From contig CAWEQU010000008.1 of the NCBI GenBank assembly GCA_963811305.1, forward strand, positions 166,587 to 230,586: a stretch of 64,000 bases of DNA, written 5' to 3'. The notes under the pieces are model-generated. The model was not told the origin of the DNA and searched no databases. It worked only from the letters and a program-made list of their open reading frames with translations. The translations under genes were made by a program, and so were the position numbers. Shown piece by piece: positions 42,034-51,017 of this stretch. This DNA is from an uncultured Chloroflexia bacterium. Lineage in GTDB: Bacteria; Chloroflexota; Chloroflexia; QHBQ01; JADMIH01. The number at the start of each line of letters is the position of its first letter. Position 1 is the first letter of the stretch.

Positions 42034-42754
42034 CTACCTTCCATCATTACTGATGGGGTAAGACTATACCTTCACCATAGCCCACATCTGTGAGCCTTAG
42101 GCGCGGACCGTATGATAGGCAGCGTAATTTGCTTCTAGCGCGTGTTGCCTATCTCACCTTACATAACAAGTAAGGATCAGTCGTTACGGGAGACATCTTC
42201 CTGGACCATAATCGCAAAGTTCTTGCGCCGGTTTTTGGACCGGACATTGAACGATGATAATGTGTCCGCTAACTGAGCTATTTCGCACAGGTCTTCTTTG
42301 GTGACCACTTCTTGCTGTAGGATTTGGCGAGCGATTTCCGCCTGCCGCCTCTTTCCGCGCAAGTAGGGTGTGATTAAGTCGAGCACTCGGAGAACATCTG
42401 CCTGGTTGCGTACAAGCCAGTCGAAGCACGTCCTGTTGGGACATACCGCGCCCGCGCCTGTGGCATCTACCAGCCATTCTACGTCTTGCTTCGCATACTG
42501 AGTCCCTTTTGAGGGCGACCCGCACACGAAAGCCGAAACGTTTCTCGGCGTGCCTTTCAATCAGGGCCATAATAGCCCCATCACCATCTATAAGACCTGC
42601 GATATACGCTCTGTCAACTTCGGAAGCTGTCTTTCCCACGGAATTGCCCTTTGCGCTTACTCTCGAATTTACGATGAGTATAGCACAGGTAGGGTTTCTC
42701 CGTTTTGGGTCCGATTATTACCTCACGATTTCTCGTGGGGAGAGCAGAAAATCT
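42034..42754 (-). mobile_element. Group I intron in the 23S rRNA
   Basis: Exons rejoin as GGAGU|AGGUCCCAAGG; P1 GGAGUAGA/UCUGCUCU with U.G; R CCCGUAACGACUG, S AAGGUAUAGUC; ends in G. Confidence 0.92.
42177..42639 (-). CDS. Single-motif LAGLIDADG homing endonuclease, frameshift near 42510
   Basis: AYIAGLIDGDGAI; LDLITPYLRGKRRQA; stop overlaps the R element. Confidence 0.9.
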
Positions 42755-42830
42755 ACTCCAGCCCCAGGATACGACGAGCCGACATCGAGGTGCCAAACCA
42801 TGCCGTCGATATGAACTCTTGGGCAAGATC

Positions 42831-42863
<33 letters not shown>

Positions 42864-43195
42864 AAGCTACGGCCCTTCCACTCGGTACCGTAGGATCACT
42901 AACTCCGTCTTTCGACCCTGCTCGGCTTGTAGGCCTCGCAGTCAAGCATCCTTGTGCGTTTGCACTCACCGCCGGATTGCCATCCCGGCTGAGGATACCT
43001 TTGAACGCCTCCGTTACTCTTTGGGAGGCGACCGCCCCAGTCAAACTACCCACCAGCCACTGTTCCCTTTCGGGGTTAGGGCCGGTGCACATCAAAAGTG
43101 GTATTTCACCGTTGGCTCCACCGCCCCCGCAAGGGCAGCTTCAAAGCCTCCCACCTATCCTACGTATGATGTGCCCGAACTCAATGGCAAGTTGT

Positions 43196-43228
<33 letters not shown>

Positions 43229-43300
43229 TGGGTAACCCGTATCTTCACGGGTCTTTCAATTTCGCCGGGCCCCTCGTCGAGACAGCGCTCAGATCGTTAT

Positions 43301-43353
<53 letters not shown>

Positions 43354-44091
43354 AGTTATAGTTACTGCCGCCGTTTACTGGGGCTTCAGTTCAGAGCTTG
43401 CACCCCTCCCTTTAACCTTCCAGCACTGGGCAGGCATCAGCCCCTATACATACACTTCCGTGTTTGCAGAGACCTGAGGTTTTGTTAACCAGTCGCCTGA
43501 GCCAATTCTCTGCGACCCTCTACTCGCTTCCACCGCGAGGGTGTACACGTTCAAGGGCTCCCCTTCTCCCGAAGTTACGGGGACATTTTGCCGAGTTCCT
43601 TAACGAGGGATCACCCGATCACCTTGGTATTCTCTACCTGCCTACCTGTGTCGGTTTGCGGTACGGTCACTCCATCTCTGGCTAGAGGATTTTCTTGGCA
43701 GCACGGCCTCAATCTCGTTGTCCTTCCCCGAGGGGAAAAACTTCCATTCGGCTCTCAGTTTATAACGGCGGGACGGATTTGCCTACCCCACCTACCTACC
43801 ACCTTAGAAGAGCTTATAGCTCTCGAGACCTAGCCCCCTGCGTCCCCCCATTGCTCGTAACGATTAGGAGTGGTACAGGAATATAAACCTGTTGTCCATC
43901 GGCTTCCCCCTTCGGGTACGCCTTAGGCCCGACTGACCCGAGGAGGATAAACCTTGCCTCGGAACCCTTAGGCTTACGGTGTGCGTGATTTTCACACGCA
44001 ATGCGCTACTCATGCCGGCATTCTCTCTTCCGTTATCTCCACGCCTCTTTACAGTGACGCTTCACAGACCTCCGGAACGCTCTCCTACCCC

Positions 44092-44191
44092 CCCTACGAA
44101 TTGTAAATCTCAGATTGCAAATTTTAGAATTGCCGACTACCCCTAAGGGTAATCTACAATCTGCAATATGCAATCTAAAATTGCGTAGGGA
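44092..44191 (-). other. Expanded helix 45 / intervening sequence in the 23S
   Basis: CCCTACG..CGTAGGG stem enclosing about 85 nt of AT-rich heptamer-like hairpin between conserved CTCTCCTACC and GCCATAGCTTCGG. Confidence 0.75.
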
Positions 44192-44262
44192 GCCATAGCT
44201 TCGGTACTAGACTTGATCCCCGGTGAATTGTCGGCGCCCTCTCACATTCGACCAGTGAGCTG

Positions 44263-44311
<49 letters not shown>

Positions 44312-45895
44312 CTATGCGAGTGGACTTCCTTTACAACTTAGCCTAGATTTTGGGACCTTAGCTGATGGTCTGGGCTGTTTCCCTTTTGACGATGAATCTT
44401 AGCACCCACCGTCTCACTGCCATCTATAGATATTGGTATTCGGAGTTTGATTCGGTTTGGTAAGCTAACGCCCCCTAGCCAATTCAGTGCTCTACCCCCA
44501 ATATCCTTTACGATGACGCTGCACCTAGATGCATTTCGGAGAGAACCAGCTATCTCTGTGTTCGATTGGCATTTCACCCCTACTCACAGCTCATCACCCA
44601 CTTTTGCACTAGTGGTGTGTTCGGGCCTCCACGCACGGTTAGGTGCGCTTCACCCTGGCCATAAGTAGCTCACACAGTTTCGGGTCTACCCCCCGCCACA
44701 ATTGCCCTTTCGGACTCGCTTTCGCTGTGGCTCCGCCTATCACCGGCTTAACCTGGCGACAGAGGGTAACTCGCCGGCCCGTTCTACAAAAAGTACGCCA
44801 TCACACATCCAACACCACGAGGGTGTCGTATAGTGCTTTGACTGGTTGTAGGCAGTATGGTTTCAGGATCTATTTCATTCCCCTCACGGGGAGCTTTTCA
44901 CCTTTCCCTCACGGTACTAGTTCGCTATCGGTCACTAGGGTATTTAGCCTTGGGTCGTGGTCACCCAGATTCCCACCGGGTTCTTCGTGCCCGGTGGTAC
45001 TTAAGTACAACACGCACAGTCTCGTACATTTCGGTTATGGGGCTATCACCCTCTACGGCCGGCCTTTCCAGGCGCGCTCACCTATATACGAGATTTTTTA
45101 CTGCTTAGGGCTGCTACCGCGCCCCTAGTGTGACTTTCAACACCCAATACACAACGCCGGTAGGCTATCACGTGTATTAGGTTTAGGCTTCTCCCGGTTC
45201 GTTCGCCACTACTACGGGAATTGTTTCTTTTCCTCGGGGTACTTAGATGTTTCAGTTCCCCCGCTTGCCCCCACATAAATGTGGTCCTACCCATCACGGT
45301 AGGGGGTTGCCCCATTCGGAGATCTCCGGATCGGTCTGTAAGCGACTCCCCGGAGCTTATCGCAGCGTAACCACGTCCTTCTTCGGCCCTAGTTGCCAAG
45401 GCATCCACCATACGCCCTTATTCGCTTGTTTTTCCCACTCAACTCCCCACCTCTGCACACATACGTGTGGTTCGGCGGTTAGCTCAGTCGGCAAAACTCG
45501 CAGCGCATTTTTTCGGGTTTCTCTTTTCCCTTTCAACTTTCATTTGCATGAAAGCTGATTTCGAAATTGAATTCCCAATTTTTTCGTTGCAAGTATTCTC
45601 ATGTTAAGGTGCCTGCTCTTCGCAGCTTGTGCCTTGCGGCTTTGCTGTTGGAGCAGCCTGCCGGTCTGTTGACCGCCAGTCGCCGTCCCTATCAAGGGAC
45701 GAGGAGCGGAGGTCGGCTCCCGTACTTGTTTGATTTAGAAGGTGCGATGGGCAACAAAAGAGGCTTGGGCACTCGCCTCAAGCCTTGGTGGCTGTTGAGT
45801 ATGCGAGCTAGCTTATCCGGTTGTTGTCCTGTTGATCTGCATTCTTTGGTCTTTTCGCCTGGGCTGCTTTTGTTCCAGCCCGACATGCAGAGATA

Positions 45896-45924
45896 ATTAT
45901 ACGAAACCTCTTTTGCTTTGTCAA
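45896..45924 (-). promoter_or_regulatory. rRNA promoter P2
   Basis: TTGACA-17-TATAAT perfect consensus. Confidence 0.85.
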
Positions 45925-46021
45925 GGCGATTTGGCGCTTTTTGGGAGCAATTTCGCTTTTTTCTTTGTTTGCGACCCTTCTAATGACTTTTCCAGAGGCC
46001 GCTTTTCGGGGCACAAGGATT

Positions 46022-46049
46022 ATTATACGGGTTGGGAGCGGGGATGTCA
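46022..46049 (-). promoter_or_regulatory. rRNA promoter P1
   Basis: TTGACA-16-TATAAT. Confidence 0.8.
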
Positions 46050-46091
46050 AGGAAAATGTAAATGATGAGACATGATCAATATCCCGCAATC

Positions 46092-46913
46092 TTACTGTCC
46101 ATCATCAAGTGTAGGGACATCACTGTTGCGATGAAGCACTGGAAATCCAGGCAGTCCAACTTTGATGGCGAAGTCATAACCAATATCTCTTACCACAAAG
46201 ATCGTATGAAAGGCTCTTGCTGGAGCATACCCATCAAGGCAGTCGTACCATGTGTGAGGTTGGTCACGGCAATACTGCTCATCGAGTAGCAGAATACGTG
46301 GCAAGCTCACGTCCTTGAGTTTATTGGCTTTTATCTCGATGGTCTTCTTCAGAAGTTCACATAACGATATGCCACTCGTTAGGCTCGTGGAACTGGCACA
46401 GGAGATGCCATCTACATCGTTGCCGTTCTTAAGAATGGTACAGATTTGAACACCATTATAGGATATTACTTCTTCTAATGCCCTGTAGTCGCTTTGCGTT
46501 CGTGTGACGTATGCGATTACCTGCTGCACAACCGTTCTTCGAAGGTTGGGCGATTCCGAGAGTTGCGGTAGCGGCTCCGAGAAACACATAACGTATATGC
46601 CCCGCAATATCCCCTTTGAGTGACATGCCTTTTCCGCTTTTTGGGTCAAATAATGCAGCCCAGACCAAATCTCCCCAAGAGGCAACTCTTTACCTTCTAC
46701 TACTCTATGATGCATGACGCAAGTAACCTCAACTGCGAACTGCTTTCCATCCAGATTAAGGTCATAATCAGGGGCGGTTTCCGGTCCGTTTGGCTCTTTC
46801 TCCCAAGACATATGCGAATGCTGTATGTAGGTTCGTAACCATCTTTCGAAGCGCTCACGGCAGCGCTCTTCAGATATGGTTTTGTTGGGGAATTGTACGT
46901 TGGGCTTTGTCAT
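46092..46913 (-). CDS. Hypothetical protein, possible PD-(D/E)xK nuclease fold
   Basis: PDYDL..FAVEVT motif, 273 aa. Confidence 0.55.
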   Translation of the reverse strand: MTKPNVQFPNKTISEERCRERFERWLRTYIQHSHMSWEKEPNGPETAPDYDLNLDGKQFAVEVTCVMHHRVVEGKELPLGEIWSGLHYLTQKAEKACHSKGILRGIYVMCFSEPLPQLSESPNLRRTVVQQVIAYVTRTQSDYRALEEVISYNGVQICTILKNGNDVDGISCASSTSLTSGISLCELLKKTIEIKANKLKDVSLPRILLLDEQYCRDQPHTWYDCLDGYAPARAFHTIFVVRDIGYDFAIKVGLPGFPVLHRNSDVPTLDDGQ

Positions 46914-46921
46914 GAGGAGTC

Positions 46922-48125
46922 CTAACTACGGTCTATGGGTTGGTGCTCGGCCAGTACGCCCGGCACGATAGCCATGCCGAACCACGGGCTCTGATTGTCG
47001 GGGTACGCATAGCTAACCGTGAACGTACCAGGACGCGCACCATTCCATACGTCTGGTGGAGGTTCAAGACCAACCCCACCATAAGGCATCGTGCCCGGCG
47101 GGTACATGGTGCTCAGCCACTGGCTGAAATAGATGTCCTCAACCTCGATCACTCCAACTGGTTGCTCTACTGGCCGGTTCAATGCGACTATCTGTGCATC
47201 GACAGGCATAAGAATTCCTGCCCTCTGCACGCGCTTCATCAATGTTCGTGGTGGGCAGGAGATGCACACCTATAGCTCTCATGACTCGGTCAGGCATATA
47301 AGCATCGTTCTCGCACAGTTCGTATTTTCCATTCTCATAAAAGAGGCTCGTCTCATAAAGACACCCTTGCGCTGGACCAATAACACTCGATCCGTGCAGA
47401 CTTTCCCACTGTGCTCTAGTGAGACCTAAGCCTCCCGATGCAAACCCAGGTGCCGACGGCAGGCTTGAACCCTCCACATACTTCGCCCGCAAGCGGAAAG
47501 TGCCCAAGAGTGAAAGCAGCACATCATACGGAGCCGCCTTCTCAGGATGGGCCTCAAAGACGGCTCGCTCGAAATACTGCACCTTGTACACCTTGCCATC
47601 TGTGGCAGAAGTCTCAAGGAACTCATCCGAGATGGGATAGCCTTGCTGTGCCAGGCCGCCGTGAGATTGCCAGTAGCTTAGAAATGTGCCACCGAGCCGC
47701 TTGCCCGTCTGAGGAAATAGCTGCGAGCCGGGTTGCGTGTTAGGCACTTGCTTCGGTGCGCCGTTCGGGTATTTCGCTTTGTACGTGAAAGTGCCAAGAA
47801 GGGAGAGGAGCACATCGTTAGGCGAGCGATACTCAGGGTGCATCTCAAAGACGGCGCGCTCAAAGTATTGGACTGTGTAAATCTTGCCATCCGTATCCGA
47901 CATTTCGCTGAACGGCTCGCTGATTGGGTAGCCCTGCTGTGCAAGCGCACCGTGCTGCTGCCAGTATTGGAGGAAGCGCCCACAGAGGGTGTGGCCTATC
48001 TGGTCGAACCGTTGGCAATCAGCCTGCGCGCTAGCGTCAGCATGGAACCATCCGTCAGAATGGAAGATTCCTGCTGCTATAAGAATAGCTACAAGTAGCA
48101 AGACACAAAACAGCTTGCGTGTCAT
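46922..48125 (-). CDS. Secreted protein with two Chloroflexi surface repeats, frameshift near 47210
   Basis: Signal peptide; 2x F..YWQ.HG.LAQQGYPIS..VQYFERAVFE.HPE..DVLLSLLG. Confidence 0.8.
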
Positions 48126-48287
48126 GGTATTGCCCTCAAGCCTCTAGTTCACGGCTTTCCCTCTCACCATTATACATCCTCGTAAACACTAAAGGAGATA
48201 GGTAAGAAAAAGAAGGCGAAAGAAAAATCGGGGCTATTTTGCAGTAGGAATGCCTGCTTACAGCGTCCGGCTATGAATAGCAGCCGC

Positions 48288-48584
48288 TCAATCTTCTAAT
48301 AGCTGCTCCAAATCACCATAATCATACGGCGGGCGCTTCCGCACAGCCAGTACATCTATGGCGAGGTCGGCTTCGGCAACTGCATACACTATACGCCAAC
48401 GGTCCAGACGTAGACGGCGCAGTTCGCGATCAATTTCAGGTATATCAAGTTCCTTGCTTTGCGGAGGGCGTGGATCAGTTGCGAAAGCACTTATGGCTTG
48501 TCTAACACGAGACCTTACATGGCCCGGCAAGTCCTTAATTTCGTCCCAAGCGCGCGGAGTAACATAAACTGTATAATGGCTCAC
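48288..48584 (-). CDS. RelE/ParE family toxin
   Basis: DPRPPQSKEL..RRLRLDRWRIVYAV..VRKRPPYDY. Confidence 0.88.
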   Translation of the reverse strand: MSHYTVYVTPRAWDEIKDLPGHVRSRVRQAISAFATDPRPPQSKELDIPEIDRELRRLRLDRWRIVYAVAEADLAIDVLAVRKRPPYDYGDLEQLLED

Positions 48585-48808
48585 CCCAGCTCGCCCTCGA
48601 CATCCTCCCAGCGGCGCCAACCGGCGCGCATACGATCTCCCCCTGACGCCTTTAACTCTGCGTAGGCCTGTTGCGCTAGATGCACATCCTCCACTGTCTC
48701 TAGCCACTCAACGAGTGCTTCCCAATCGTCAGCAGTTATCACAGCTAGCCTCTTGCCTTTAATGGTTACGTACTGCACAGACTGCAATGCTTCCAGCCCT
48801 GTCATCAT
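48581..48808 (-). CDS. Antitoxin for RelE
   Basis: GTGA overlap; VITADDWEALVEWLETVED, WEDVEGEL. Confidence 0.8.
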   Translation of the reverse strand: MMTGLEALQSVQYVTIKGKRLAVITADDWEALVEWLETVEDVHLAQQAYAELKASGGDRMRAGWRRWEDVEGELG

Positions 48809-48983
48809 ATTGCCCTCCAAATGCTAGCTACGAGCCTCCCCCTCACTATTATACATCCGCGCGACCGCTGAAGGAGATAGGTAAGATAAAGAAGGGAAAA
48901 GAAAAATCGGGGCTAGATACCTGCTTACAGCGTCTGGCTATGGATAGAAGTCAACGAATACTCCGCGAGTTCGAGAGGCAGAA

Positions 48984-49403
48984 TCAGGATTTCAACAGAC
49001 GTACAAATCCAGCCTGCTCGAAGTGGTGGTCTGCTGTGAGAGCTTCGGTTATGCCTAGCTCCTGCATAACTATGAAGCTGGAGCAATCTACCAGACTCCA
49101 TTCTTTGTCTGCACGGCTCTTGAGCAGTTGCCAGGCTTGCTGGTCTCGTGCAGGGTCTATATGCGCGATCTCAACGTAGGGTGAAGTTTTCAAATCATCA
49201 ATGAGTCTGATACTGGTTGAGCGAGGAATACGCAGAGGACTGGTCAGAAGGGCTACCAATTCAGCAATAACATAGCTTGTTGTTACCAGTTTACGCTTCT
49301 GCTGCCAGGTAAGCTGGTAGAGATGGGAGGCCAAGTCGTGATAGGGTTCTTTGGGAGCGAAGAGATTCCCCCAGCCACCAGTATCTACAAAGAGATCACC
49401 CAT
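48984..49403 (-). CDS. VapC/PIN toxin
   Basis: LFVDTGGW, YVIAE, SLVDCSSFIVM, TADHHFEQAGF. Confidence 0.92.
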   Translation of the reverse strand: MGDLFVDTGGWGNLFAPKEPYHDLASHLYQLTWQQKRKLVTTSYVIAELVALLTSPLRIPRSTSIRLIDDLKTSPYVEIAHIDPARDQQAWQLLKSRADKEWSLVDCSSFIVMQELGITEALTADHHFEQAGFVRLLKS

Positions 49404-49665
49404 CAGACTTATTTTCCGGCTGGGTATCATGCATAGATGCGTAGATAGCTTCGCCTATGTAGCGGTCGTGCTCATCCGCCCAACCAACAACGCCAGTATC
49501 GAGAGCACCAATCCATTTCGCCAATGGGTCAATTTCGTTACCATGAACTCTATCAGCCAACCATTGCACAGCCAATATTTCAGGGGACTGCCCTTCCTCT
49601 CTCGCTGTTTCCAAGAGAGATTCGTAGACATCTTCAGGCACTTCTAATAGCAGTGTGTGGGCCAT
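49396..49665 (-). CDS. Antitoxin for the PIN toxin
   Basis: LEVPEDVYESL, DPLAKWIG, WADEHDRY; overlaps the toxin start. Confidence 0.8.
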   Translation of the reverse strand: MAHTLLLEVPEDVYESLLETAREEGQSPEILAVQWLADRVHGNEIDPLAKWIGALDTGVVGWADEHDRYIGEAIYASMHDTQPENKSDG

Positions 49666-49923
49666 AACAATAGCCTCCATGATAAAAACCGGGGACCCCT
49701 CATTCAGGGTTAAAGCCTATTTACAGCGTCCGGTGAAGGATAACATTCGATAGACCACCCGATTACTTCTATTGTACTGTACACTGGACAGGTAGTCAAT
49801 TAAATTTTCAGGAAGGCAAAAGAAAAATCGGGGCTACGTTACAGTAGGCATACCTATTTACAGCGTCCGGTGAAGGATAACATTCGATAGGCCTCCTGAT
49901 TCCCTAAATGCCCATTGCAGACA

Positions 49924-50307
49924 TTATTGCGCCGGGGGTTGCCACAACTCGAATTGCGTTCCTTCCGGGTCTACTGCCCAGCCAAAGCGGCCATATTCTG
50001 TGTCTTCCACCTTGTCGTCCACCTGTACCCCGGCGGCACGTAGCTGTAGTAGCATCTCGTCCAGGTCGTCCACGATGTAGTTGACCATATATGGGGCGTT
50101 AGTGGGGTCGAAGTAGTCGGTGTCCTGGGGGAATGGAGACCAGACAGTGAGGTGCTCTTGTTCGGGGTTCTGCGCATCTCTCCACTTGAAACTGACGTAA
50201 TCGTCCGCATCAGGCTCTATGCCCAAATGTTGGTAGTACCAAGCTTGTAGCTTCTTAGGGTCATTGCTCTTGAAGAATACCCCACCTATACCTTTTACTC
50301 GTGCCAT
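49924..50307 (-). CDS. VOC/glyoxalase family protein
   Basis: GIGGVFFK, NYIVDDLD, YGRFGW..DPEGT.FELWQP. Confidence 0.9.
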   Translation of the reverse strand: MARVKGIGGVFFKSNDPKKLQAWYYQHLGIEPDADDYVSFKWRDAQNPEQEHLTVWSPFPQDTDYFDPTNAPYMVNYIVDDLDEMLLQLRAAGVQVDDKVEDTEYGRFGWAVDPEGTQFELWQPPAQ

Positions 50308-50402
50308 TCTGCGCCTCCTGTACGCTTCTCGGACTTTGTTACAGATTCCCTTGTACTACCCTTTCCCGCGTCTTCTTTATTCTTCCTCTTTCCCACCGCC
50401 CC

Positions 50403-50747
50403 CTACATTTCGGTACTGTAGAGGCGACGTACTGAGGCGCGTCTGAAGCGGCCCGCTGATCGGCTTGCCAGCAGCCTGACCTTGGGAATGAGAGTCAGAG
50501 TGACGCCCGTCTGGGGCATGAATTCGGCGTAGAGAATATCGCTGAACCTGATAGCTAACTCCCGTGACTGACCTGTGTCAGGGTCTATACATCTGTAAGA
50601 AGCCCCGCTTAACGCGCCGATGCCGCCATTTACATGGGCCAGAAAGTCACGCTTAAGGGTTTCGCTTTCTGCCAGGTCCAGATCGAAGTGGCGAGTGTGG
50701 TTCCAACCTTTGTCGTCACCAACTTTGAAGGTAATTAGCACTCTCAT
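50403..50747 (-). CDS. Hypothetical protein
   Basis: ORF with GGGGG RBS; no recognisable motif. Confidence 0.5.
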   Translation of the reverse strand: MRVLITFKVGDDKGWNHTRHFDLDLAESETLKRDFLAHVNGGIGALSGASYRCIDPDTGQSRELAIRFSDILYAEFMPQTGVTLTLIPKVRLLASRSAGRFRRASVRRLYSTEM

Positions 50748-50828
50748 ATTCCAGCCCCCTTAAATTCAATAAGTCAGTTCCACAGTATACAAAATAAAAA
50801 GGAGCGAGTATAACACCCTCTCCTGATA

Positions 50829-50862
50829 CGAGGAGACTCGAACTCCTGACTTCTACAATGCA
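50829..50862 (-). pseudogene. tRNA 3'-half remnant (Ala-like), att-like
   Basis: TGCATTGTAGAAGTCAGGAGTTCGAGTCTCCTCG: variable loop + T-arm GTTCGAGTC; no D-arm or CCA. Confidence 0.55.
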
Positions 50863-51017
50863 GTTGCTTGTTAGTGTTGCAAAATGATTAGCGTACACTA
50901 CGCTAGTAGGTCCTCACATATCTTGTGCATTGCTGCCAAAAACGTCACGAGTTCGATCTGATCAGCGATTTCGTTGCGATCACAACCCTATCCTGCTATA
51001 ATTCGCCTGGTAACCCT

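Larger units (their letters stand above)
48160..49900 (-). repeat. Four copies of a CCGGACGCTGTAA..CCCCG(A/G)TTTTT element
   Basis: Copies at about 48222-48280, 48903-48950, 49684-49763 and 49823-49900. Confidence 0.85.

Noticed and set aside
48160-49900. CRISPR array or attC sites
   Set aside because: Spacing is gene-sized and irregular, there are no cas genes, and no RYYYAAC..GTTRRRY ends are seen
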